A stretch of 64,000 nucleotides of DNA from Gemmatimonadota bacterium. Its GTDB lineage: Bacteria; Latescibacterota; UBA2968; UBA8231. The stretch is taken from positions 32,001 to 96,000 of the forward strand of contig JAYOYH010000002.1 in assembly GCA_038153405.1 (NCBI GenBank). The letters are read 5' to 3'. Below are positions 17,701 to 26,124 of this stretch, piece after piece. Both the position numbers and the translations under genes were made by a program. Within the stretch, counting starts at the first letter, position 1; each line of letters starts with the position of its first letter. The notes under the pieces were generated by a model that was not told the origin of the DNA, did no database searches, and saw only the letters and a list, made by a program, of their open reading frames with translations.

Positions 17701-18510
17701 CGCGATCTTCTCATCGGTGATGAGATCGAAAGCCTCGAGTATGATCTCGCCCGTGCTCTTGTCCACAACATCGCTGCTCGAATTGTGATGATTGACGAGT
17801 TCTTCATCGACGGCGACTTCGACATCGTTGCGGAACAGGCTGAGGACTTCGCCATCTTTGGAAAACCCAAGAGCCTTCAGCAACAGCGTGACGGGCAGCT
17901 TGCGACGGCGATCGATGTGGACATACATGATGTCGTTGATGTCCATGCTGAATTCGAGCCAAGGCCCCTTGGCCGGCAGAATCCGAGCAGAGAAAAGCTC
18001 CTTGCCGTTGGGATGGACGGTCTCGTCAAAAAACACGCCCGGCGATCGGTGCAGCTGACTTACGACGACGCGCTCAGCACCGTTGATTATGAACGTGCCT
18101 TGGTTCGTCATCAGAGGCAATTCACCGAGAAAAACCGATTGCTGGACGACGTCCTTGACCGGTTTATCAGGGCTCTCTTTGTCGCGGGTGACCAAGCGCA
18201 GAGTCGCGCGGAGAGGAGCGGCAAAGGTCATACCGCGCTCACGGCACTCTTCTTGGCTATAGCGAGGATTGCCGATGGAGTAATCGACGTATTCCAAAGA
18301 AAAGATGCCATGGGCATCTGCAACGGGAAAAATGCTCTCAAAAACCAGGTGCAACCCCCTGCGCTGACGACGCCTCGGATCTACGTCGAGCTGTAGAAAG
18401 TCCTGGTAGGAGTCGATCTGCACCGAGAGCAAATTCGGCATTTCCACGACTTCCTCGATTTTGCCAAAAGAGTGCCTCTCAATGCTGCCTTCCGTCTTGG
18501 CCAAAGTCAA
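14716..18510 (-). CDS. rpoB: RNA polymerase beta subunit
   Basis: [31 protein letters not shown]. Confidence 0.99.
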
Positions 18511-18534
18511 AACTCCTTATTGCTAGTTAAGGCA

Positions 18535-18592
18535 AAAGCTCATGGAGACATCGGCCGCCCCATCGCGAGGCGGCCGACATACCATGAGCTTT
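18535..18592 (-). terminator. rplL-rpoB intergenic hairpin, attenuator-like
   Basis: AAAGCTCATGG...CCATGAGCTTT outer stem, TCGGCCGCC/GGCGGCCGA inner stem, ends in TTTTG on the minus strand. Confidence 0.6.
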
Positions 18593-18660
18593 AAATAATT
18601 ACTGCAAAGACGCAGTATACTTGCGGTAAGAGTTCACGAAAGCGCCGATTAGACGAATCC

Positions 18661-19059
18661 CTATTTGATCTCTACCGTGGCACCGGCTTCCTGCAAGCGA
18701 TTCTGCAGATCCTCCGCCTCGTCTTTGCTAACGCCTTCTTTGATCGGCTTCGGCGCTTCGTCGACCAGAGCTTTGGCTTCTTTCAGACCAAGGCTGGTGA
18801 TCTCGCGAACGACCTTAATTACCTGAATCTTCTTATCGCCCGCGCTGGCCAAGACCACGTCAAACGAGTCCTTCTCTTCTTCAGCGGCTTCGCCACCAGC
18901 CGCGGGCATTGCCCCGGCCATCATGACCGGAGCGGCGGCGGACACGCCAAACTTATCTTCCAACGCCTTTACCAAGTCGGCCAGTTCCAAGACAGTCAAG
19001 CCACCAATAGTCTCGATAATGGCATCGACTTTTTCGTTTGTGGTCGTTTCTTCGCTCAT
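18661..19059 (-). CDS. rplL: 50S ribosomal protein L7/L12
   Basis: [24 protein letters not shown]. Confidence 0.98.
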   Translation of the reverse strand: MSEETTTNEKVDAIIETIGGLTVLELADLVKALEDKFGVSAAAPVMMAGAMPAAGGEAAEEEKDSFDVVLASAGDKKIQVIKVVREITSLGLKEAKALVDEAPKPIKEGVSKDEAEDLQNRLQEAGATVEIK

Positions 19060-19123
19060 CTATTCAAACCTCCTAATGGGGTATGCGGATAATTTCGAAA
19101 TGGGGTTGTATCGCGCCACGGCG

Positions 19124-19654
19124 TTATTCGCCGGCGCCTGTTCTCTGTTTTTCTTCGATTGCGGCAACGACGCCGACCAGATTGCGCAACAGTCCGGTAA
19201 GCACTCCGGCAAAGCCGTACAGGGGACTTTGCACACTGCCCAGCAACTTGCTCAACAACTCCTCGCGCGAGGGCAGCTTGGACAGTGCCTTGACCTCGTC
19301 AGCGGACAGGATCTTGCCGTCCATAAAACCGGACTTGATTGAGAAAGACTCATCTTTGTCGGCGAAGTCCTGCAGGATTTTTGCCGGTGCAATGGGATCG
19401 TCGTTGGAGAAGGCAATCGCCGTAGGACCGACAAAGTGCTCGCCCAACCCGGCCAACCCCGCCGCTTCCGCAGCGCGTTTGGCCAAGCGGTTCTTGACGA
19501 CATGGTAACCGATTTCAGCGTCGCGCAGTTGGTTGCGCAAGCCCGTAACCTTAGCCACATCTATACCCGTGAAATCGGCCAAGTATATGGCTTTGGCACC
19601 GGCCATAGCTGCTGTTAACTCTTCGACCTTCTCTATTTTTTCCGACGTAGGCAT
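19124..19654 (-). CDS. rplJ: 50S ribosomal protein L10
   Basis: [24 protein letters not shown]. Confidence 0.97.
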   Translation of the reverse strand: MPTSEKIEKVEELTAAMAGAKAIYLADFTGIDVAKVTGLRNQLRDAEIGYHVVKNRLAKRAAEAAGLAGLGEHFVGPTAIAFSNDDPIAPAKILQDFADKDESFSIKSGFMDGKILSADEVKALSKLPSREELLSKLLGSVQSPLYGFAGVLTGLLRNLVGVVAAIEEKQRTGAGE

Positions 19655-19686
19655 CGCTTTTTCCTTTTAACTCACTCGTCGCCCAA

Positions 19687-20385
19687 TCAGGCACTCATCT
19701 GCGAGCGATCAATCTTGATTCCAGGCCCCATGGCAGAGGAGAGGACGCACTTGCGAACAAACTGGCCCTTTGCCGCGGCCGGTTTGGCGCGCATAATCGC
19801 ATCGGTAAAGGCCTTGGCGTTTTCGATAAGCGCTTGGGCATCAAAAGAGAGCTTGCCAATGGGCGCCTGCGCGTTGTTACCGGATTTGCTATCGGCCCGA
19901 TATTCGACGCGGCCGGCCTTTGCTTCGCGCACGGTCTGTCCGACTTCGCGCGTGACCGTGCCCGTCTTGGGATTGGGCATGAGACCGCGCGGACCCAGCA
20001 CGCGCCCCAACTTACCGACCTGCCCCATCATGTCGGGCGAGGCGATGACCAGATCGAAGTCCAACCAACCGCCCTCGATTTTAGCTACCATCTCCGCGCC
20101 GCCCACGTGGTCGGCACCGGCCGCCTCGGCCTGCTGCGCCAGTTCGCCCTGCGTGATAACCAATACCCGCACGTCTTTGCCCGTGCCGTGCGGCAGCATG
20201 ACCGTGCCGCGCAAGATCTGGTCCGCTTGGCGACCGTCAATTCCCAAGTGCATGGACAATTCCACCGTCTGGTCGAACTTGAGTGTGGGAAAGCTCTTGA
20301 GCAACCCCACGGCCTCTTCTAGCGAGTACGCTTTGTCGCGGTCAATGCTCTCCATCGCCTGCGCGTATTTCTTGCCTCTGGACAT
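19687..20385 (-). CDS. rplA: 50S ribosomal protein L1
   Basis: [22 protein letters not shown]. Confidence 0.98.
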   Translation of the reverse strand: MSRGKKYAQAMESIDRDKAYSLEEAVGLLKSFPTLKFDQTVELSMHLGIDGRQADQILRGTVMLPHGTGKDVRVLVITQGELAQQAEAAGADHVGGAEMVAKIEGGWLDFDLVIASPDMMGQVGKLGRVLGPRGLMPNPKTGTVTREVGQTVREAKAGRVEYRADSKSGNNAQAPIGKLSFDAQALIENAKAFTDAIMRAKPAAAKGQFVRKCVLSSAMGPGIKIDRSQMSA

Positions 20386-20419
20386 AAGTAATCCTAATCC
20401 TCTCGTCGTCTCTTAACCG

Positions 20420-20842
20420 TTACTCTACGAGCAAACCCATGCTGCGCGCCGTGCCGGCAATCATCGACATGGCCGACTCGATAGACGCGGCATTCAAGTC
20501 GGGCATCTTCAGCTCGGCAATTTCGCGCACCTGCTTGGGCGACACCTTGCCGACTTTGTCGCGATTGGGCACGCTGGACCCCTTGCCCAGCTTGGCGGCC
20601 CGCAATAGCAGCACCGCTGCCGGCGGCGTTTTCCGGATGAATGAGAAGCTGCGATCCGCATATACTGTAATGACTACGGGGATGATCAACCCATCCTGAT
20701 CCTGAGTCTGCGCGTTGAACGCCTTGCAGAACTCCATAATGTTTACACCGTGCTGACCCAACGCAGGGCCAACGGGCGGCGTGGGATTGGCCTTACCGGC
20801 GGGCACCTGCAATTTAATCTGTGCTATTTCTTTTTTCGCCAT
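20420..20842 (-). CDS. rplK: 50S ribosomal protein L11
   Basis: [20 protein letters not shown]. Confidence 0.99.
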   Translation of the reverse strand: MAKKEIAQIKLQVPAGKANPTPPVGPALGQHGVNIMEFCKAFNAQTQDQDGLIIPVVITVYADRSFSFIRKTPPAAVLLLRAAKLGKGSSVPNRDKVGKVSPKQVREIAELKMPDLNAASIESAMSMIAGTARSMGLLVE

Positions 20843-20865
20843 GGGACGAAAACCCCTTCTCTAAA

Positions 20866-21408
20866 TCAGGTTGTCTCTTCTGCCGGTTCGACCTGCAGCA
20901 CGTCGAGTTCGACCGATGTGCCCCGACCAAATATGCTGACCGTAACCTTCAAGCGGCGCTTCTCGGGCAGCACTTCCTGGACCGTGCCGACAAAGTCCTT
21001 GAACGGCCCGTCGTTTACCTTCACCTGCTCGCCGACGACAAAGGGAATCTCTTCGACTTCTTGATCCTTGCGCTTGTCTATGTGGCCGAGGATATGGTCG
21101 ATTTCTTCTTTGCGCAGCGGCTGCGGACGGCGGGCCGGACCGACGAAATTTGTCACGCCGGGAATATTGGTAATAAGATGCCAAGCGTCCTTCGACATTT
21201 CCATCTCGATAAGCACGTAGCTAGGCAGGAAGCGCTTTTTGGTGACCCGCTTCTTGCCTGCGCGCAGTTCGACGACCTCTTCCGTGGGGACGACGACTTG
21301 CCCAATAGCGCCATCGGCCGCGTCGGACTCGATGAGGGAGTCGACGTATGTCTTCACTTTGTTCTCGTGCCCTGAATAGGTATGCAGGGCATACCAACGC
21401 TTTGTCAT
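20866..21408 (-). CDS. nusG: Transcription factor NusG
   Basis: WYALHTYSGHE, DGPFKDF KOW, VSIFGR. Confidence 0.98.
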   Translation of the reverse strand: MTKRWYALHTYSGHENKVKTYVDSLIESDAADGAIGQVVVPTEEVVELRAGKKRVTKKRFLPSYVLIEMEMSKDAWHLITNIPGVTNFVGPARRPQPLRKEEIDHILGHIDKRKDQEVEEIPFVVGEQVKVNDGPFKDFVGTVQEVLPEKRRLKVTVSIFGRGTSVELDVLQVEPAEETT

Positions 21409-21490
21409 CTATGCTACCGTCACTCGCTTCGCATGCGCATCAGCGCACGCGTGGAAAGCGGCTATATGCCGCCCATGTGCCAATCTGCTA

Positions 21491-21679
21491 CTAACCGAGG
21501 AGCATACCTCGGATAAACGATATGACCAAATCGAAAAGTCCGATAAAAACGGCAAACACGGCAGAGAAGACCAAAACGACACTCGTCGAATTGAGCAGCT
21601 GCTCGCGCGTCGGCCAGCTTACCTTTGCGAATTCGGCCCGAACTTCGCTAGCGAAATTAGTTAACTTTGCCCACATCAC
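21491..21679 (-). CDS. secE: Preprotein translocase SecE
   Basis: EFAKVSWPTR plus one TM helix; upstream of nusG. Confidence 0.95.
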   Translation of the reverse strand: MMWAKLTNFASEVRAEFAKVSWPTREQLLNSTSVVLVFSAVFAVFIGLFDLVISFIRGMLLG

Positions 21680-21709
21680 CCATTTTCCCGTTGGTTAGGC
21701 AGCATAAAA

Positions 21710-21785
21710 TGGCAGGGCCGGCAGGACTTGAACCTGCAACCGCCGGTTTTGGAGACCGGAGCTCTACCAATTGAGCTACGACCCT
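21710..21785 (-). tRNA. tRNA-Trp(CCA)
   Basis: AGGGTCGTAGCTCAATTGG...CTCCAAA...GTTCAAG...CCA; 76 nt. Confidence 0.96.
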
Positions 21786-21791
21786 ACCCTT

Positions 21792-21944
21792 TTAACGGGT
21801 CTCCTTATGCACGTGGTGTTTGCGGCAGAACCGACAGTACTTCTTGTACTCTACCCGACTTGGCTGAGTTCTGCGGTTCTTGGTAGCAGTGTAGTTGCGT
21901 CGACTGCACCCTTCGCATTCCAATGTGATCTGTTCTCTCGGCAT
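21792..21944 (-). CDS. rpmG: 50S ribosomal protein L33 (Zn-binding type; absent from the ORF track)
   Basis: Manual translation MPREQITLECEGCSRRNYTATKNRRTQPSRVEYKKYCRFCRKHHVHKETR. Confidence 0.96.
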   Translation of the reverse strand: MPREQITLECEGCSRRNYTATKNRRTQPSRVEYKKYCRFCRKHHVHKETR

Positions 21945-21991
21945 GATTACTCACAGTCCGTCCGTTTTACTCTTGGGAGACAACAAATTTC

Positions 21992-22067
<76 letters not shown>

Positions 22068-22085
22068 CTAAATTGCCGAAACAAA

Positions 22086-22161
22086 TGGAGCGGGAGACGG
22101 GAGTCGAACCCGCGACATCAAGCTTGGAAGGCTTGCGCTCTGCCAACTGAGCTACTCCCGC
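22086..22161 (-). tRNA. tRNA-Gly(TCC)
   Basis: GCGGGAGTAGCTCAG...CTTCCAAG...TTCGA...CCA. Confidence 0.96.
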
Positions 22162-22205
22162 ACACGCAATTTTACACACCGTGTCAATCTCTTGACAGAC
22201 CGATA

Positions 22206-22234
22206 AAGATAGGACTGCAGTTTTAGTCTGTCAA
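22206..22234 (-). promoter_or_regulatory. sigma70-type promoter of the tRNA-rpmG-secE-nusG unit
   Basis: TTGACA-17 bp-TATCTT, 44 bp upstream of tRNA-Gly. Confidence 0.75.
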
Positions 22235-22247
22235 GACATGTACAAAT

Positions 22248-22284
22248 TATGGCGGCCTCCCACGTTATGTGGAACGCCGCCGTA
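22248..22284 (-). terminator. Hairpin downstream of the Zn-finger gene
   Basis: TATGGCGGC...GCCGCCGTA with inner CCAC/GTGG; weak U tail. Confidence 0.4.
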
Positions 22285-22312
22285 TCCCCACCGATCTTTC
22301 GCAGTGCCTAGA

Positions 22313-22714
22313 CTAGGCGCTGCGCCGCTGGTCAGAAGAAGCCTGTTTGGGCAGGTAGTACTCGCTCATATAGTGCTTTTTGCAAAAGCCGCGCGAAGAG
22401 TGCTTTTCGGCACAGCCGGGCACCAAGCACAGTTTGCGACCGTAAATGCGTTCGCGCTCCGGCGTCAGGCGACCGTAGCGGCGAACCTGCTGGTAGTGGC
22501 GAAAGCAATATGCTTTGGCGGCCTGCTCCTCGCCGCACCCCACCACGACGCATCCGTTGCCCCGCTTGCCGTATTCGCGCTCCGGCGTCAAGCGCCCATG
22601 CCTGCGCATCTGCTGGTAGTGGCGCGGACAAAAACCGCACGTGCGCGCCTCCACTTCGCATCCATCGGCCTTGCACAGGATGTGCCACTTCGCTTTGAGT
22701 ATCTTGTTTTCCAT
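22313..22714 (-). CDS. Small basic protein with three C-x4-C-x9-C-x2-H-Y putative Zn-finger repeats
   Basis: CKADGC..CPRHY, CVVVGC..CFRHY, CLVPGC..CKKHY; GRLTPERE repeated; GAGG upstream of ATG (MENK). Confidence 0.85.
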   Translation of the reverse strand: MENKILKAKWHILCKADGCEVEARTCGFCPRHYQQMRRHGRLTPEREYGKRGNGCVVVGCGEEQAAKAYCFRHYQQVRRYGRLTPERERIYGRKLCLVPGCAEKHSSRGFCKKHYMSEYYLPKQASSDQRRSA

Positions 22715-22763
22715 GGTGACCCTCTCTATGCGTGACATACACTCGACTATACAACGCCACACC

Positions 22764-22779
22764 AGCAAAGGACGTACCG
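22764..22779 (-). promoter_or_regulatory. sigma54 (-24/-12) promoter
   Basis: CGGTACGTCCTTTGCT = GG-N10-GC, close to consensus TGGCACG-N4-TTGCW. Confidence 0.8.
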
Positions 22780-22888
22780 CATGAAAACAACGGAATGGTA
22801 GCCGCGCTTAAAATTTCATAAAGAATTATTTTTACAATTCTTACAACAAAGACGGTAAAATGTATCGCCACCGTCTATGAGAAAGGCT

Positions 22889-23006
22889 TGTCTCATATAT
22901 GATACTGGCCGGAGACCGAGGCGCACGCTAAATACTTATTTTTAAAGGATTAATGGAGCATACAGGACTGTGTCAATTATGAGACAAGTATCTCAAATTT
23001 GACACT
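22889..23006. promoter_or_regulatory. Three 18-bp palindromic enhancer (UAS)-like sites and an AT-rich IHF-like tract
   Basis: TGTCTCA-TATA-TGATACT (22889), TGTGTCA-ATTA-TGAGACA (22969), TATCTCA-AATT-TGACACT (22989); TAAATACTTATTTTTAAAGGATTA between them. Confidence 0.7.
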
Positions 23007-25375
23007 TCACGTAGCAAATCGTGCTCTCTCAGCCGGCGATACAGGGTCGCTCTGCTGATCCCAAGCCGCGCAGCGGCTTTGACCACGTCGCCTTCTTCCG
23101 CGCGCAGCGCCTCCAAATACAGGCGGCGCACGGCTTCGCGATGGCCCTTTTGCGCTCCCTCAAAGCCGGAATCCTCGGCACCGCTGGCCAACTCCGCTTC
23201 CTGCAACAGGCTCGGCGGCAAATCTTCCAGCGCAATGGTTCGATCTTTGACTAGGGCGACGGCGTGCTCTATCGCGTTTTCAAGTTCGCGCACGTTGCCC
23301 GGCCACGGGTAGCGGGACAGTAACTGGAGGGTCTCGGGGTCAACGCGCGTAACAACTTTGCCATTGCGCTCGGCAAATACGCGCACAAAGCGCTCGACAA
23401 AGAGGGGGATATCTTCCTGGCGCTCTCTCAGGGGTGGAACGTCCAGCGCGATTACGTTGAGCCGGTAGAGCAGGTCTCTGCGAAAGCCTCCCCCCTCGAC
23501 TTCGCGGTGCAAATCGCGGTTGGTCGCCGCAATCAGGCGACAATCGATGGGGATGGTCCGATCGCCGCCGACGCGAACGATCGTCTTTTCCTGTAGAACG
23601 CGCAGCAATTTCACCTGCACTTCGGGAGGGACTTCGCCAATTTCATCGAGGAATATCGTTCCACCGCTGGCCAACTCAAACTTGCCCAAGCGCCCCTTTT
23701 TGCTGGCGCCGGTAAAGGCGCCTTCGACATAGCCAAAGAGCTCACTCTCGATGAGATCGCGCGGCAGAGCAGCGCAGTTAACTGCGAGGAAAGGCCCCTC
23801 ACTAAAGGCACTCGCATTGTGAATGGCCTGGGCAAACACCTCTTTGCCGGTGCCGGTCTCACCCTGAATGAGAATATTGGAACTCGTCCCTGCCGCGATG
23901 CGCGCCAGCTCTTTGGCCTTTTCTATCACCGAACTGTTGCCGATGATGTCATCGAAGGAATAGGTGCGCTGAACACCGATAACCCGATGCACTAGCCGCC
24001 CCACTTCGCCCATCTCGCGAAAGGTTAACACCGCGCCAGTCGTCTGTCCTTCGCCGTCCATAACCGGCTGTAAATTGGCCATGGCGGCAACGGCACCCAC
24101 GGTGGCGCGCAGCGTTATCACCCTGTTGTTGAACTGCCCCCCCTCGGCCAACCACGAGCGCAGCGGCGGTTTGTCCTCGACCAAGTCATCCGCACGCACG
24201 CGCTCATCGCCGGTGATGCGACGACCGAGAATGCGAGCGGCGACGGCATTGATCTCCTCGACGTAGCCATCGCGATCAATGGCGATCAACCCATCCGAAA
24301 TGGACTGCAGCAGGGCCTGGGAGCGGCTGTAGAGCTGTCGGAGCTGCGCGCCCTGCTGTTTTTCGCTGCGCACGAGCTCCTGCAAGCGCCCCGTCAAGCG
24401 AATGTCTTCAATTTCTGCGGCGATCTGGCTCGACAGGGCAAATAGCATACTGAGATCGTCTATGCTAAAGCGGCGGCGCTCCGTGCCCAGCGGCGCAATT
24501 TTATCAAAGAGCGTCAGCGTGCCAACAATGCGATCTTCCAAGACGAGCGGCACGCAGACCATAGACGCGCCCAGATCTTGGGGATTTCGCGGCGCCCTCA
24601 CGTCGTCTATCATAATCGGCTCGCCGGTCGCAGCGACGTATTCGGCGATGCGCCTTTCGCACTGCAGATCCAACTCGTTTTCCGTCTCGATAACTACCGT
24701 AGCCAAGGCGAGCGAACCATCTTCGACGAGCAGGCGGATGGCTGCTCCTTTCGCCCGCAGCACATCGGCCGCCAAGCTGGCAATCAGCTCTAACGACTCG
24801 TCCAAGCCGAGCCCGGAATTCATCGCCTGCCCCAACTCATTGAGCGCCTGCACTTCGTCGGAACGCCGCTCCATAGTCTGACGCACTTCCACCGCGTTGA
24901 TCAACGCCAGAACGAGGCTGCGCGCAGCTTCTAGGGCGCCCACCTCGTCTGCGCTATAGCGGCGCACGGCTACACTCTGCAGGTTGATTACCCCGCGCAA
25001 CTCGCCGCCATCCTCAATCGGCACGGCGATGATGCTGGCGTAGCTCTCGGCCTGTGCGACCTTCGCCAATACGGCGGAGCGGGGATCGCGTCCCATGTGC
25101 GGAACCTGGACGATTTTCCGGTGCAATCCCGCAGCGCCGGTTATGCCTTGACCGAGTCGCAGTCGGACTGCTTGCCCCTGCACCGGACCGTGCGACGCGC
25201 TCAGAACGAGCTCGTCCATGCGCCCGTCGAGCAAATAGAGCGCACAAAAATCGGCCCCGAAAGTCTCGGCAAAGAGGCGCACGAGCGCATTTAAGCTCGT
25301 TGGATCCGGAGATGCAATATGGGCCAGCGTCTGGCGCCACAGTTCTCGCTCTATATTGAAGGACTCATTTACCAT
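22973..25375 (-). CDS. sigma54-dependent activator (GAF-GAF-PAS-AAA+-HTH)
   Basis: GETGTGKE, ESELFGYVEGAFTGA, FLDEIGE, WPGNVREL, LGISRATLYRRL; start trimmed to MVNES because the longer ORF overlaps greA. Confidence 0.93.
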   Translation of the reverse strand: MVNESFNIERELWRQTLAHIASPDPTSLNALVRLFAETFGADFCALYLLDGRMDELVLSASHGPVQGQAVRLRLGQGITGAAGLHRKIVQVPHMGRDPRSAVLAKVAQAESYASIIAVPIEDGGELRGVINLQSVAVRRYSADEVGALEAARSLVLALINAVEVRQTMERRSDEVQALNELGQAMNSGLGLDESLELIASLAADVLRAKGAAIRLLVEDGSLALATVVIETENELDLQCERRIAEYVAATGEPIMIDDVRAPRNPQDLGASMVCVPLVLEDRIVGTLTLFDKIAPLGTERRRFSIDDLSMLFALSSQIAAEIEDIRLTGRLQELVRSEKQQGAQLRQLYSRSQALLQSISDGLIAIDRDGYVEEINAVAARILGRRITGDERVRADDLVEDKPPLRSWLAEGGQFNNRVITLRATVGAVAAMANLQPVMDGEGQTTGAVLTFREMGEVGRLVHRVIGVQRTYSFDDIIGNSSVIEKAKELARIAAGTSSNILIQGETGTGKEVFAQAIHNASAFSEGPFLAVNCAALPRDLIESELFGYVEGAFTGASKKGRLGKFELASGGTIFLDEIGEVPPEVQVKLLRVLQEKTIVRVGGDRTIPIDCRLIAATNRDLHREVEGGGFRRDLLYRLNVIALDVPPLRERQEDIPLFVERFVRVFAERNGKVVTRVDPETLQLLSRYPWPGNVRELENAIEHAVALVKDRTIALEDLPPSLLQEAELASGAEDSGFEGAQKGHREAVRRLYLEALRAEEGDVVKAAARLGISRATLYRRLREHDLLREVSNLRYLSHN

Positions 25376-25386
25376 AACAACGCAAC

Positions 25387-25419
25387 AAAAAAAACTCCCG
25401 GAGCCTGAGCCCCGGGAGT
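25387..25419 (-). terminator. Intrinsic terminator downstream of greA
   Basis: ACTCCCGGGGC-TCAG-GCTCCGGGAGT ending in a T8 tract. Confidence 0.85.
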
Positions 25420-25442
25420 CGACATTGGGATAGACGGGGTTA

Positions 25443-25913
25443 CTAGCGGCTAATCTTGACGATTCGATAGTGCAACATACCGGCCGGGACCTGAATCTCG
25501 ACTTCTTCGCCTTCGGAATGGCCCAATAACCCTTTGCCAATCGGCGATGTAGTAGAAATCTTGCCCGCATCGAAATCGGCCTCTTCCGGCGCGACGAGCA
25601 TGTAGTTCAGCTCGCGGTCCTTTTTCAAATCGACCAATTCGACCTTGGCTCCAATATACACTTTGTCCTCTGGTATGGCCTCGTTTTCCAACAGGGTCGC
25701 GCGGCTGAGGGTATCCTCCAGCTTGCTTATGCGCTGCTCCAGAAACATGAGGCGCTCTTTGGCGGCCGAATACTCGGCATTCTCCGACAAGTCGCCAAAC
25801 TCGCGCGCGCGCTGCAGCGCCTGACGCACCGTGGGCCGCTCTTTCTCCTTTAGCTCTTTCAGCTCATCTTTGAGCTTCACGTAACCATCTCGGGATAGGT
25901 ATACTTCGCTCAT
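25443..25913 (-). CDS. greA: Transcription elongation factor GreA
   Basis: GDLSENAEY, ISTTSPIGKGLLG; GAGGT SD before MSEVY. Confidence 0.97.
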   Translation of the reverse strand: MSEVYLSRDGYVKLKDELKELKEKERPTVRQALQRAREFGDLSENAEYSAAKERLMFLEQRISKLEDTLSRATLLENEAIPEDKVYIGAKVELVDLKKDRELNYMLVAPEEADFDAGKISTTSPIGKGLLGHSEGEEVEIQVPAGMLHYRIVKISR

Positions 25914-25949
25914 TTCCGACCTCAACACGCAATCATATCGACATTATAT

Positions 25950-25977
25950 AAAAAGCGGAAGCGACCGTCGCTTCCGC
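25950..25977 (-). terminator. Terminator/attenuator in the greA leader
   Basis: GCGGAAGCGA-CGG-TCGCTTCCGC-TTTTT upstream of the greA start. Confidence 0.75.
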
Positions 25978-26000
25978 CGGAAATACGATATCTGCCAGAG

Positions 26001-26029
26001 AATATAAACGACCCCATGGACAAATGCAA
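26001..26029 (-). promoter_or_regulatory. greA promoter
   Basis: TTGCAT-17 bp-TATATT. Confidence 0.6.
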
Positions 26030-26054
26030 GCATTACTCAAACCCATTTCGGCCG

Positions 26055-26083
26055 TTTACCAAGCCAGTACTGCGTGTTATATT
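26055..26083 (+). promoter_or_regulatory. sbcD promoter (divergent from greA)
   Basis: TTTACC-17 bp-TATATT with extended -10 TG. Confidence 0.5.
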
Positions 26084-26124
26084 TGGGTCTAGGTAACTCC
26101 TTTTATGCGCATCGCCAGCCATCC

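Noticed and set aside
22440..22630. Direct repeats as a possible CRISPR array
   Set aside because: Two in-frame coding copies with a 123-bp period; no spacers or cas genes
22238..22871. Alternate ORFs of 165 and 179 aa around the Zn-finger gene
   Set aside because: Their repeats only mirror the Cys/His frame, which has the SD and promoter
22086..25375. tRNA-adjacent module as an integrated element
   Set aside because: Lies 5' of the tRNAs; no integrase or duplicated tRNA 3' end seen
25376..25570. N-terminal extension of the sigma54 activator ORF
   Set aside because: Overlaps greA and runs through its terminator
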